Source: Herpetosiphonaceae bacterium (GTDB lineage: Bacteria; Chloroflexota; Chloroflexia; Chloroflexales; Herpetosiphonaceae). Taken from it: 47,795 nt of DNA. Below the pieces are notes generated by a model. The model ran no database searches. It was not told the DNA's origin and saw only the letters and a program-made list of their open reading frames with translations. Shown one piece after another: positions 15,986 through 25,231 of the stretch. A program made the position numbers and the translations under genes. The stretch's first letter is position 1; each line of letters opens with the position of its first letter. The stretch is from positions 1 through 47,795 of the forward strand of contig DAOTUS010000173.1 in NCBI GenBank assembly GCA_034437415.1, written 5' to 3'.

Positions 15986-17077
15986 TTAGAAACGAAAGCC
16001 GCGTTCGTGGCCCTGGAGCCGGATCGCGTTCCATGCGGCGATATGGCCGCGTCGGGTGCCGATGGGATTGTCGAGCGCCTGCTCCTTGAATGAGTAGCTT
16101 TCAGCGGCGGCATCGTTGCGGCTCACGTCCTGCTGCCAGGTGTGCAGGAATGTGTCGGCCTGTTTGCACTCGCAGAGCTGGCCGGGGATGAGCGCCGCCG
16201 CGAGCTGGGCCAGGATCGGACGCCAGCGCCGTTCGATCAGCCCGCCGCCAAGTGGGATACCCGCAATCGCAGCCACACTGGCCGTCTTATGCGGGCATTG
16301 CGCAACACAGTTATCGGTGCAGTAGGATGTACAGGCACGGCTTAAGGTCAGAATGCCGTTGCGGGCATCGCAGATCGTGGCCGTGACCGCCGTACCGTCG
16401 ATGGTGACCGGGGTTGTCGCATCAACCGTGCGGGCGTAGACGGCGACAGTGGTCACATAGTTGCCCACGACATTGCACAGCAGGCCGTTGGCCGATGGTG
16501 TCGGGATAGCCTCGTAGAGTGATGGCTTGACGAGCAGGCGGCTCGGGATTGTGATGGTCGCCACGCCTGCAGCGATGTTGATGCTCGTTGGCGCGAGCCG
16601 CCAGTCCTCGCGCTGCCCCGGCACCTGGTCGCTATCGGCGAAAAATACCACCAGCTCGGCGGCAGGATCGGGCAGGACAATTGTGATCGCCGTCCCGGTG
16701 TCAAGCAGGCCGTCGCCGTCCGCATCGGTGTAGACGACGGCCGGGCTATCCAGCAGGGTATAGACCTCGCGGCCCAGCGCCTGGATATAGCCCTCCGGCA
16801 GCACGATGGTGCTGCGCACAACCGGGACATCGATCCACTCAACAGCCCGAGCGCCGACGCTGTAGCGGAGATGGACGGCCAGAATGTCGGCGGCCTGGTC
16901 CAGATATGTTTCAAGGTCGCGCCGCCCGACGCGCTGCGCCGCCTGCCAGTCATACTGGCGTACCAGATCGTTGCAGCTGCTCAGGATCGGGGCTTTGGTC
17001 TGGTCGAAAATGCCCCAGAAGTGCAGCGGGTGGTAGCCCGTGATCTGCCGCCACGTTTCAAGGCTGAGTAATGGCAT
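15986..17077 (-). CDS. Head-tail joining region protein, function unknown
   Basis: Start trimmed to MPLLSLETWRQ.. (ggagg RBS). Cys-rich C-terminal half. The call rests on its position between the capsid and tail genes. Confidence 0.45.
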   Translation of the reverse strand: MPLLSLETWRQITGYHPLHFWGIFDQTKAPILSSCNDLVRQYDWQAAQRVGRRDLETYLDQAADILAVHLRYSVGARAVEWIDVPVVRSTIVLPEGYIQALGREVYTLLDSPAVVYTDADGDGLLDTGTAITIVLPDPAAELVVFFADSDQVPGQREDWRLAPTSINIAAGVATITIPSRLLVKPSLYEAIPTPSANGLLCNVVGNYVTTVAVYARTVDATTPVTIDGTAVTATICDARNGILTLSRACTSYCTDNCVAQCPHKTASVAAIAGIPLGGGLIERRWRPILAQLAAALIPGQLCECKQADTFLHTWQQDVSRNDAAAESYSFKEQALDNPIGTRRGHIAAWNAIRLQGHERGFRF

Positions 17078-17345
17078 CGGCAGCCTCCAGTAGACGGTGA
17101 AGCACGAGCACCCCGCCAGCCGCGCCCAGGCTGGCTGTAAGCCAGCGCGGCGCGAGGGCGAGAGCGAAGGCCAGCCAGAACGAGATACACAGCGGGCACT
17201 GGACGCCCTCGGCCTGCCACGAGTCGGGGCCGTAGTGGTGTACGACCGTGCTGCGCAGCCGCTCGGCCAGATCGAACGGCCCGCGCTCATTGGAGATCAG
17301 ATAGGCCAGGCGATAGGCGGCCAGCATGCGCAGCACGGTGGTCAT
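17058..17345 (-). CDS. DUF1360-like small membrane protein
   Basis: YRLAYLISNERGPFDLAERLR ... GVQCPLCISFWLA matches the DUF1360 pattern as I remember it. Confidence 0.5.
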   Translation of the reverse strand: MTTVLRMLAAYRLAYLISNERGPFDLAERLRSTVVHHYGPDSWQAEGVQCPLCISFWLAFALALAPRWLTASLGAAGGVLVLHRLLEAADAITQP

Positions 17346-17791
17346 TATTTGCCGCCCTTTTTGATCGTGCTAATGGCCGCATCGCCCACGCCAGGGATAC
17401 TGTCGAGCGACATATCACTCAGGCTCTGCGCCTGCTCCAGTGTGGTGATGTTGGCATCGGCCAGCCCATCGAGCGCGGTCTTTGATAAATCCAGATCGGT
17501 CAGCGGCGTCGGGCCGGCGGCCTCTTTGGCCTTCGCCTGCTTCGGCTCAGGCGCACGTTTCCAGCGGCCCGACACCTCCAGATAGACAACGTCGTCGGGG
17601 TGGGCGTAGACGCCGCCCCGGCTGGCGCTGCCCCGATACACGAGCGCATCGCTGCCCCGCGCCTGGTTGACGAAGGTGATGCTGCCCTGGTTGGTGCCCT
17701 GATAGTCCATCGCGACAAAGCCCTCTTGTTTTGTCGCCTCGGCGTGTGGTGTTCTCATTTGAGTATTTCCTTTCCCGCAACAGCCGCCCAT
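17345..17791 (-). CDS. Hypothetical head-associated protein with C-terminal helix-hairpin-helix (alternative start 17758)
   Basis: It lies downstream of the capsid gene. A gtgagg RBS precedes MGGCCGKG.., and LDSIPGVGDAAISTIKK is HhH-like. Confidence 0.45.
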   Translation of the reverse strand: MGGCCGKGNTQMRTPHAEATKQEGFVAMDYQGTNQGSITFVNQARGSDALVYRGSASRGGVYAHPDDVVYLEVSGRWKRAPEPKQAKAKEAAGPTPLTDLDLSKTALDGLADANITTLEQAQSLSDMSLDSIPGVGDAAISTIKKGGK

Positions 17792-17811
17792 TGGCGACCT
17801 CACTTTCTGAT

Positions 17812-19197
17812 TTACGAGCGAACTTGAACGCCGCCGTTGACGTAGCCATCCTCGCCGATGATCGGGCTGGGCAAGATCATGGTTGGGGTGTAGCGCACGC
17901 CGTCGATGCGGCCGGCTAGGTGGGGCGTGCGCAGGATCATCCGCGACTCCAGCTTGGCCGTCACCTTGCGGCAATAGTTATACTTCTCGGTGGTCCACAG
18001 GAAGCGCCCGCCATCGCTGACATAGTAGTCATTGCCGCCCATGTTCATCTGGGCCAGGGTGGCGGTGTAGTTGAGGGTTTCCCAGTACAGCACGTCGATT
18101 CCACCCGCGACGGTCAGCGGCACGAAGTAGACATCGCTCTCGTAGGTGGTGTTGGCCACAAACTCGGTTTGCAGAATGCTGTCATCAATGATGACCTCGA
18201 CCTGCTTGCCATCGATCAGCAGATATAAACCATTGCGCATGTTGTCGCGCATTGCGATCAGGCCCGCGCTGTCGGTCTGGCGCACATCGCTGGTGGTGAA
18301 AATGCCCGTGCTGCACCGATAGGTGCTGTAGGCGCAGGGCCAGACCTCGGTTAGCTCATAGAACGCCTCGGCACGCATGACGATGGCAAAGGTGGTCGGG
18401 TCAAGGCCGCTCAGCACAGCCCGGCGCTCCAGGTGGCGCATCATGTTGGTGAAGGCCACGAGGGTCGCCGATGGGCTGGCGGTGATGATGGCGTTGAACG
18501 TGGTGACTTTTGAGTCAGCGGCGGGGCAGGCGGTGCTGGTCTCCACATCGACATAGCTGGTATTGATCAGGATGTCGAGGCCACGAAATTCTTTGTAGCC
18601 GCTGTTGGCCGTGTTGTTGGCCGGGTTGCCCACGAACGTGAGGGCGCTCATCTTGCGCAGATACGACACGCCCATCAAAAACATGGCCGCTCTCATATCG
18701 CTTTGCAGCGCCTGCTGGTTGGTCCCCATCGCGGGCAGGAGCTGGCCCGAGCCGCTCACGCCGCCAACGAGCTGCAGGTCGGGCGTCTCGCCGCGATTGA
18801 ACAGGCCCAGGCGGTCTACGTCGTAGACCATCGAGGTGCGGACCACGCGCCCGAGCGGGGCGCTGATGTTACAGCCGTACAAAAACCCGGTCTGCTTGCC
18901 GTCGTCACAGACGCCGTCAGCCTCGGCCCCGCTGTCATCGCCGATCCCGGTGATCAGGCCATACAGCGGGTTAAATAGGTTGGTGGTTTTCACGGGCAGG
19001 CGCGTTGATAGCCCGCCATTCGGCAGGCTCAGGGCGCTGAACACCTGGCGGTCAAGGCCGGGCGAGTTGAACAAACCAGTCGGGCCGCGCAGATATTTGG
19101 CGTTCGGGGCCGTGGGCAGCGCCTTGGTGGTCGTCACCATCTGGCTCATCATCGCGCCCGCGAGCTGCTGGTAGTCGATTGCTTGTGTATCAGGCAT
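17812..19197 (-). CDS. Major capsid protein (HK97-fold expected)
   Basis: About 460 aa, directly downstream of the protease/scaffold gene. aaggaa RBS. The start MPDTQAIDYQQLAGAMMSQM.. is typical for a capsid. Confidence 0.75.
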   Translation of the reverse strand: MPDTQAIDYQQLAGAMMSQMVTTTKALPTAPNAKYLRGPTGLFNSPGLDRQVFSALSLPNGGLSTRLPVKTTNLFNPLYGLITGIGDDSGAEADGVCDDGKQTGFLYGCNISAPLGRVVRTSMVYDVDRLGLFNRGETPDLQLVGGVSGSGQLLPAMGTNQQALQSDMRAAMFLMGVSYLRKMSALTFVGNPANNTANSGYKEFRGLDILINTSYVDVETSTACPAADSKVTTFNAIITASPSATLVAFTNMMRHLERRAVLSGLDPTTFAIVMRAEAFYELTEVWPCAYSTYRCSTGIFTTSDVRQTDSAGLIAMRDNMRNGLYLLIDGKQVEVIIDDSILQTEFVANTTYESDVYFVPLTVAGGIDVLYWETLNYTATLAQMNMGGNDYYVSDGGRFLWTTEKYNYCRKVTAKLESRMILRTPHLAGRIDGVRYTPTMILPSPIIGEDGYVNGGVQVRS

Positions 19198-19240
19198 GTG
19201 CATTTCCTTTGTGCTAGCGCAAACGAGGCGCAATCAAGAG

Positions 19241-21148
19241 CTAGGCAGCCCCGCCGCCAACGAAGGAGAAAAAGTCATCGGCGATCCCGCTGGTGGCGGC
19301 CTTGGCCGTGGTCTGGGTTGTCGTCTCGGCGGACTGGCTGGCCCGATACGGGCGCTGCTGTGGGGCGCTGCCCTCCAGCTCGGCGATACGGTCTTGAAGC
19401 GCCTTGGTGGTCGTGGCCTGTTTGGCCTGAAACGCTTTTAGCTCCTCGGCCTGGGCGGCCTTCAAGCCTTCCAGCGCGTCGGTCAGTGGGGCCAGATCAA
19501 TCGGCGCGGCCTCTTTGGTGGCCGCGCCCTGAAGCATCGGGGCCAGCTTGGCAACAACCCGATCCGCGATTGCGTCCAGCTCCTCATCGCTCAGGAGCAT
19601 GTCGGCCATCTCCTCGGCGTCTTCGGTCATGTCTTCTTCCTCGGCGGCGGCTCCGGCAGCGCCATCGGCCATCTTGAACTGCACGCCCGCGTCGTCGGCA
19701 GCCTTCTCGGATAGCGCGGCCTGGCCCAGCAGGCTCACGAGCAGGCTGTCATCGTCCAGCAGCCCGCGCAGGGCCGCTACCTTCTCTTTAGTCATGGTGG
19801 TCATAGTTATATCCTTTACGGTTAGGCTGGTAAACAGATTGCTTTCGCGGCCAGCCGGGAGGAGTGAGCGCTCGAAGCGCTTGATATAGCCGAACACGCC
19901 GTTTTCGGGCTGTGTCATCGGGTGGCGGAAGCCAATGCTCATCTTGTGGGCCGTCTGCGTGGCGGCCACGGCCCGCGCAATCGCCGGACTACGGAACGTG
20001 CCCGACTCGATGAGCGAGCGGCCCGCAACCATGTTGAAATCGCAGTCGCCCAGAACAATCGGGGTATGCCAATAGTTCAGCGTGCCATAGTCCCCGGTGG
20101 TGTCAGCGCGGGCGCAGTCATCGGATAGCGCCTTGCGGCTCACAATCTGGCCGTCGCGATCCTGAAACGCCGTCGAGCTGATGGCAACCCAGCGGTACCC
20201 ACCGCTGGCATGCTTTAGCACGGTTAGGCCGGGCTGTGCGCCTTTGGTCGTGCGCTGCTTGGCGAGCCGTACCGCCCGATCTGCCTGTGCTGCCGCACGA
20301 TCTGCCTGTGCTGCCGCACGATCCCGCGCCCGACTCATCGCATCTTTGGCCCGGCCCACATCACCGCTGTTCGCCGCGTTGAGATAGGCCCGTCCGGCAA
20401 ACGAGAGGCGATACTGGCCTGCGATATCGCGCTCCACCATGCCCGGCGCGTTCTGCATCAGCACGGCCAGTCGCTCGGGGGTGTCGGTGCCGCCCCGTGC
20501 GATGGTGGCCAGGGTGTCGAAGCTATCGCTCGGCAGGGTCTCGCGCTGCACTGCCGTGCGGTTGGCATTCTGGGCGATGCTCTTGTCGGGTTTGGGCTTT
20601 GCGCCGCCGGGGCCGCTGCCCTTGGGCTTGCTGGCGGCCTGGGCCAGCCGCTCGGCGCGGCGCTTCTCAGCAGCGGCCCGGCGGGCGTCAATGGCGGCGC
20701 GGCGAGCCATCTGCTCAACCTTGCGCTGGTCAGCGGCGGCATCGCGCTCGGCTTTTTTCTTGTCCTGCTCGATTTTCTTGCGGGCCTGATCGGCGGTGCG
20801 CTCCACCTTCTTTTTGAGCTGGTCGGCGGCGCGGGCCTCGGCCTTCTTCGCTCGCTCCTCAACCTTCTTTTTGGCCTCGGCGATCTTTGCGGCGCGGGCT
20901 GCCAGCTTGGCGGGATCGACAGCCTTCGGCTTGGCTTTGGCCTCGCCCTTGCCTTTTGGCGCTTTCTTGGCGGCGATGGCGGCTGCTCGCTTGGCACGTT
21001 TCGTCAGCTGCGGCTTGGTGTAACTCGGCGCGGCGGGTGCCCCGGCGGCGCTGAACTTACCGTCGCCACCACGCGCCAAATTGCCCGCGATGACCTGGCC
21101 AGCGCGGGCGCCGTAGTTGGCTTTCTCGGTTGTGGTGGTGTCGCTCAT
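19241..21148 (-). CDS. Prohead protease-scaffold fusion with a ~200-aa Lys/Ala/Glu-rich basic N-terminal domain
   Basis: The central block YRWVAISSTAFQDRDGQIVS..NYWHTP..SIGF resembles the HK97-type prohead protease. The C-terminal acidic/coiled-coil part resembles a scaffold. Confidence 0.55.
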   Translation of the reverse strand: MSDTTTTEKANYGARAGQVIAGNLARGGDGKFSAAGAPAAPSYTKPQLTKRAKRAAAIAAKKAPKGKGEAKAKPKAVDPAKLAARAAKIAEAKKKVEERAKKAEARAADQLKKKVERTADQARKKIEQDKKKAERDAAADQRKVEQMARRAAIDARRAAAEKRRAERLAQAASKPKGSGPGGAKPKPDKSIAQNANRTAVQRETLPSDSFDTLATIARGGTDTPERLAVLMQNAPGMVERDIAGQYRLSFAGRAYLNAANSGDVGRAKDAMSRARDRAAAQADRAAAQADRAVRLAKQRTTKGAQPGLTVLKHASGGYRWVAISSTAFQDRDGQIVSRKALSDDCARADTTGDYGTLNYWHTPIVLGDCDFNMVAGRSLIESGTFRSPAIARAVAATQTAHKMSIGFRHPMTQPENGVFGYIKRFERSLLPAGRESNLFTSLTVKDITMTTMTKEKVAALRGLLDDDSLLVSLLGQAALSEKAADDAGVQFKMADGAAGAAAEEEDMTEDAEEMADMLLSDEELDAIADRVVAKLAPMLQGAATKEAAPIDLAPLTDALEGLKAAQAEELKAFQAKQATTTKALQDRIAELEGSAPQQRPYRASQSAETTTQTTAKAATSGIADDFFSFVGGGAA

Positions 21149-21331
21149 CTAAGTGGCTTTCTCATGCGCGGCGAGGGCGCGGTCAAGCGCGGTCAGCGCC
21201 TCGTCCATTACAGCCTCGGAGGCACGGATCGGGCGACACACCTGTACCCGTACCCGTACCTCGCGGCCGTCGCGATAAATCACGGTATCCAGATCCACAA
21301 CTGTTTCATCTTTGAGTATTTCGGTCGGCAT
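21149..21331 (-). CDS. Small hypothetical protein (60 aa)
   Basis: Tightly packed between neighbouring late genes. Confidence 0.4.
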   Translation of the reverse strand: MPTEILKDETVVDLDTVIYRDGREVRVRVQVCRPIRASEAVMDEALTALDRALAAHEKAT

Positions 21332-21735
21332 TAGGCGCTCCCATTCATCAGATCAGTAAAATCACGCTCGGCCTGCCGGGCGGCCTTCTTCGTCCAGTTG
21401 GCGGCCTTCGTGCCGGGGTGGTTGACCTCGGGTGTGGTCACAAAGCGCCCGCGCCTGGCCCAAAAGAAATGCAGGTTTCGCCCGCGCTTGGCCCGGATTT
21501 TGTGCGGCTTCGTGCCGCCGTCCTGGAATAGAAAAATCTCATTGTCGGTGCTGATTGTGCGCTCGTATGGCCCGGTCTGGGCAATATCAAACGTGGGCTT
21601 GCGCTTCCACGTTGCGGTCTTCACCTGGAGACGGCCGCGTGTGCGCTTGGCCACGGTATCCAGGTGCTTTTGAACCCGCCGGGCCTCAGCCTGGGTGTCG
21701 ATACCGTTGATTTTCAGCACAGCAACGGCGATCAT
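21331..21735 (-). CDS. HK97 gp10-like virion morphogenesis protein
   Basis: MIAVAVLKINGID..LFQDGGTKPH.I..KRGRNLHFFW..G.FVTTPEVNHPGT follows the gp10-family pattern as I remember it. Confidence 0.45.
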   Translation of the reverse strand: MIAVAVLKINGIDTQAEARRVQKHLDTVAKRTRGRLQVKTATWKRKPTFDIAQTGPYERTISTDNEIFLFQDGGTKPHKIRAKRGRNLHFFWARRGRFVTTPEVNHPGTKAANWTKKAARQAERDFTDLMNGSA

Positions 21736-21751
21736 AGAGAGTCCTAAACAC

Positions 21752-21790
21752 AAAAAAGCGCCGATTATCCACTACGGATAAAGGGCGCTC
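21752..21790 (-). terminator. Strong rho-independent terminator inside the late region
   Basis: Minus-strand gagcgccctttatccgtagtggataatcggcgc followed by tttttt. The stems are nested: agcgcc/ggcgct and ttatcc/ggataa. Confidence 0.65.
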
Positions 21791-21839
21791 TCGGCACTCA
21801 AACAATATAAAGTTGTAACATATTCCGATATTCGCATAC

Positions 21840-21869
21840 ATTATAGCACGAACTGTCAATGACTATCAA
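21840..21869 (-). promoter_or_regulatory. Sigma-70-like promoter TTGATA-18-TATAAT, about 50 nt upstream of the 21752..21790 terminator
   Basis: Minus-strand -35 at 21869..21864 and -10 at 21845..21840, in an AT-rich 130-bp gap. Confidence 0.5.
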
Positions 21870-21883
21870 TCCATAGGTTTTTA

Positions 21884-22105
21884 CTATGGCACGTTGCTAG
21901 GAGCTGCCTCGTTGATAACCGTTTGATAGACAATCGTTATCGGCCCGGACTGGAGCAGCGGTCCCAGGTCAACCTCGCAGAGTGTGCCGTGACGATGCTT
22001 GATCTGCACTACGCGGCGGGTCGGACTGAATCGGAAGAGGAGCTTTCCATCGCTATCGCGCAGATCAACCAAGTCATTCGCTGGCAGTGGCTGTGGTGTC
22101 GGCAT
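21884..22105 (-). CDS. Small hypothetical protein downstream of portal
   Basis: Start trimmed to MPTPQPLPANDLV.. so that it overlaps the portal stop only slightly. Confidence 0.4.
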   Translation of the reverse strand: MPTPQPLPANDLVDLRDSDGKLLFRFSPTRRVVQIKHRHGTLCEVDLGPLLQSGPITIVYQTVINEAAPSNVP

Positions 22106-23438
22106 TATGTACCTCCCCTGTGCCGCGGGCGTCATCGCTGGCCACGCTCAGATCCGGCGTGGTGTCGGGCGCGGTCAGAAACTGCTCAGGCAGGTCGCCA
22201 AGGTCAACCAGCATCTGCCGAGCCTGGTCCACGGTGATAATCGTCGCGGCCAGCTGGGCGGTCACAATCTCGGTGCGGGTTTTCGTGAGCGCGGCCTCGG
22301 CCTGCTTGCGGGCGGCATCGCTCTCGGAGAACGTAAACACCACACTGTTCGGCAGCACCTTCTCGCGCAGCGCAGCCTTGAACTTGGCCTTGAACGCGCC
22401 AATCCCGTAGCCCGTGGCTTTGTTGTGCAGCACCTCGGACTGCTTGCCTGTGCCCAGCGCAACGCCCGTAATCGGCCCGCTCACGTCCTGGGGGTCAAGG
22501 CCCAGGGCTTTGGCGTAGGCGAGCAGCGCCTTGCTCCACTCGCTCTGCTCGTTGAAGCCGTCCGGCAGCCCGGCCAGGTCAATCTTGGCGATCGCCACGT
22601 CGGCATCGCTGATTGTCGGAATGACCAGGGCGCCCATAAACGCCTGGGCTGATGGTATATAGTCGGGGTCGCGCAGGTCGTGAACGTCCGCCGTCGCGGT
22701 TGCCACGCCGCTGGCTAGGGCCGCGTTGGACATGTTCGATACGAGGTAGATCGCCAGCGGGCGCTTGCCGCCGACCTTTTCGATGATGTAGGTCTCAATC
22801 GTGGCGAGCTTGCGGATATAGGTGTAGGCGCGGTGGGCGGCGCAGATGCCCCGGCCCAGCGCGTCACGGCTGGCCAGCGGCTGATCAACCAACTCCAGCA
22901 CCTGGTCATAGCGCAGCAGATGCTCGGCCCCCAGCGTGTCGGTGTAGATGACCGGGTTCTCGGGGTCGCCCGTGCGGGCGCAGTAGGCGCTATCCAGGTG
23001 GTCGAGGCCGAGGATGCGGCTGCCCCGTGCGCTGCTGGCCTTCAATATCTCGGCAAAACACCCGTTGTTCGTGCCCAGATAGTCGGTGGCCAACAGCTCC
23101 ATCATTTTGATGTAGGGCACATACTCCAGAATCTCGCGGGCCTGCTTGTTGCGGAGCGGCACATCACCGGTCAGCTCCCAGTCGAGCGTCGTCACTGAGG
23201 ATACGGCGATGTTGAACGCGCTGGCCCACATCCCCTCGGCCTGCACCGTGGCCCGGAGCGCCTGATCAAGCAGCCGAACATCGCCCGTGCGGGTAATCAG
23301 CGTGCCCAGGTCGGGGAGGAGCGTGGGCTGGAGGCCGTTGGACCCGAAGATATTGAGCAGGCGCGAGCCATCGAGGAGCTGGCGGTCGAATCGCTTCACC
23401 GAGCGGCGCAGGTCGGGCGGGGCGATAGTCGTCATCAT
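22074..23438 (-). CDS. Portal protein
   Basis: About 450 aa, downstream of the large terminase. ggag RBS 8 nt before ATG. The acidic C-terminal tail is typical of portals. Confidence 0.7.
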   Translation of the reverse strand: MMTTIAPPDLRRSVKRFDRQLLDGSRLLNIFGSNGLQPTLLPDLGTLITRTGDVRLLDQALRATVQAEGMWASAFNIAVSSVTTLDWELTGDVPLRNKQAREILEYVPYIKMMELLATDYLGTNNGCFAEILKASSARGSRILGLDHLDSAYCARTGDPENPVIYTDTLGAEHLLRYDQVLELVDQPLASRDALGRGICAAHRAYTYIRKLATIETYIIEKVGGKRPLAIYLVSNMSNAALASGVATATADVHDLRDPDYIPSAQAFMGALVIPTISDADVAIAKIDLAGLPDGFNEQSEWSKALLAYAKALGLDPQDVSGPITGVALGTGKQSEVLHNKATGYGIGAFKAKFKAALREKVLPNSVVFTFSESDAARKQAEAALTKTRTEIVTAQLAATIITVDQARQMLVDLGDLPEQFLTAPDTTPDLSVASDDARGTGEVHNADTTATASE

Positions 23439-23440
23439 AG

Positions 23441-23890
23441 CTACCACTCCAATTCTTTACAGGTATTCTCAATGATAGATGCAAGTTGGTCGGAGATACC
23501 GAACCGCGCTTTATTATGAGCAAGGCTTTGCAGAATACTGCCCTGCTTTGTGCGCTCCGATGCGCCTTTCCAGTCGCAGAACATCTCGACAATATCAATA
23601 AGTGTCATCCCATCAATGCCGTTCGGGTAGTGTTCTGGGTGGTGGCTATTTTCGGCGTAGTGGTGTTGGATTGTTGGCCCAGCCTCAATCAGCGCTGCTC
23701 TGTACTCATCGCTGCCATACACGCAGTCCTTAAGTTTGATTGTAAGCTGATCATAGCCTGATTTCTCAGGCTCTTTGAGTTTGCTTACATCATGGAAGGA
23801 TGCGGCCACCTCTATATGATTCATAACCTCCCGCATACGATCTTGTACTTTTTTGATATGGTCGTTAGTATCTTTGGTTGAGTCATACAT
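23441..23890 (-). CDS. HD-like phosphohydrolase-family protein (DUF5662-like)
   Basis: FHDVSKLKEPE and HHYAENSHHPEHY match the HD.SK ... HH...N.HHPE(Y/H)(W/Y) pattern I associate with DUF5662. The G+C is visibly lower than in the neighbours. Confidence 0.5.
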   Translation of the reverse strand: MYDSTKDTNDHIKKVQDRMREVMNHIEVAASFHDVSKLKEPEKSGYDQLTIKLKDCVYGSDEYRAALIEAGPTIQHHYAENSHHPEHYPNGIDGMTLIDIVEMFCDWKGASERTKQGSILQSLAHNKARFGISDQLASIIENTCKELEW

Positions 23891-23905
23891 GATCGGTCTC
23901 ACTTT

Positions 23906-25231
23906 CTACAGCGGCAGCTTCAAACAGCGGGCCACGCTCATCGAGAGTGCGACGGCGGCATCAATTTTCAAGCCCTCAACGCGTTTCACGATCCGCAGTT
24001 TGTCGGCGTCCTTTTTGCGGTCAGCGTTGGCAATGTGCTGGCGGAGCGTTGCGTTGCCGCTGTGCGTCATCGTGCGCTGGATGATTATATCCAGCAGCTG
24101 CTTGTCGGCGATCAGGCGGTCGGTTCCCTGGTTGAATGGCCGGGTCATCACCACGCCGTCGTTGCGGAGCGTGGTCATCATCTGATGCAGTTGATACGGG
24201 TCGTAGCATATCTCGGCGACGTTGTACATCTTGCACAGATCGCGGATGTCCTGCTCAATCAGCGCGAAGTTGAGCGCTCGGCCGCCGCGTGGCTCGTGCA
24301 CCTTGGTCAGCCGCTCGGCGACGTGCTGGCGTCGGCGCGGGTGGCGGCTGGTCAGCACCAGCGCAAAGCAGTCGCTACTCACGCCCGCATCCGCGCCCAG
24401 CACGCACGGCTCGTTTTTGGTCGGCGGCGGCAGCTCGTCTTTACAGGCGTCCCAGAGGATGATATTTTCCAGGAATGCCTCGGCGTCGGCGATGTCCTCC
24501 CACTCTGCGTCGAGTAGCACCCGCCGCTCCTGGGCGGTCAGCGAGCTGGCGCGATCCTCCACATAGCCCGCCGCAAGGTTGTGGGCGTTGTCTTCGGTGC
24601 GCAGTGTGAGACACCAGGAGCGGCGCTTGAAGTCGGCGAGCGGGTCAGCCTCGCCGGGATTCTCCCAGGGGCCGAAGTACTCGTACATCCAGTTCTTGCG
24701 CGGCGTGCTGCTCAGCCAGAGCTGCGGCGGTTCACCGCCTGGGCCCAGAAGGCGGATACGTCCGGCCAGCACTTTCAGCGCGGCGGGGGTCTTATGGCGG
24801 CGGCCCTCATCAAAAAGTGCGTAGTGAACGTTCGGGCCTTCCCAGGCCCCCGGCTCCTCAATCCCGCCACAGAGCATTGTGGCGCCGTTGGTAAACACCA
24901 GCTGGAAGGTGTGCGGCGGCTCCCAGTCCAGGCGCTGCATTCGTCGATGCGCTGGTGTGACACAGTGCCACGGGATCCAGCGGCGCATCTCAACCCAGAG
25001 TGATTTCTTGAAGTGCTGCAGGTCTGGACTGACTGCGATGCCGTGCATTTCCCGCCGCGCCCGCTCCAGCGCCTTGATGAACCCGGCCACGCTCTTGCCA
25101 CTGCCCTCGCCGCCTTTGACCAGCACGTGCCGGGGGCCATCGCTGTAGACAAACCGCGCCTCATCAGCCGAGTGTGGCATATAAAACGCGCCGGTCTCGG
25201 CGTTGCGGTAGACATCGGGCCACTCACTCAT
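23906..25231 (-). CDS. terL: Terminase large subunit
   Basis: Walker A VKGGEGSGKSVAG and Walker B YALFDE. The nuclease half has conserved acidic residues. It overlaps the small subunit gene. Confidence 0.85.
   Translation of the reverse strand: MSEWPDVYRNAETGAFYMPHSADEARFVYSDGPRHVLVKGGEGSGKSVAGFIKALERARREMHGIAVSPDLQHFKKSLWVEMRRWIPWHCVTPAHRRMQRLDWEPPHTFQLVFTNGATMLCGGIEEPGAWEGPNVHYALFDEGRRHKTPAALKVLAGRIRLLGPGGEPPQLWLSSTPRKNWMYEYFGPWENPGEADPLADFKRRSWCLTLRTEDNAHNLAAGYVEDRASSLTAQERRVLLDAEWEDIADAEAFLENIILWDACKDELPPPTKNEPCVLGADAGVSSDCFALVLTSRHPRRRQHVAERLTKVHEPRGGRALNFALIEQDIRDLCKMYNVAEICYDPYQLHQMMTTLRNDGVVMTRPFNQGTDRLIADKQLLDIIIQRTMTHSGNATLRQHIANADRKKDADKLRIVKRVEGLKIDAAVALSMSVARCLKLPL

Noticed and set aside
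14451-17290. Long N-terminal extensions of the track ORFs 5119..6369, 14451..16034, 15986..17290, 17345..17974, 17812..19233, 25224..25934 and 35752..38454.
   Set aside because: The extensions overlap upstream genes, are Arg/Pro-rich and lack an RBS. Internal ATGs with Shine-Dalgarno motifs and stop-start coupling give better gene models.
17770-17791. N-terminal MGGCCGKG as an acylation (myristoyl/palmitoyl) signal.
   Set aside because: This is a eukaryotic motif with no bacterial machinery implied. The alternative start at 17758 removes it entirely.
21854-21859. A perfect TTGACA hexamer (minus strand) next to TATAAT.
   Set aside because: It lies only 8 nt from the -10 element, which is an incompatible spacing. 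The TTGATA hexamer 18 nt upstream is the plausible -35.
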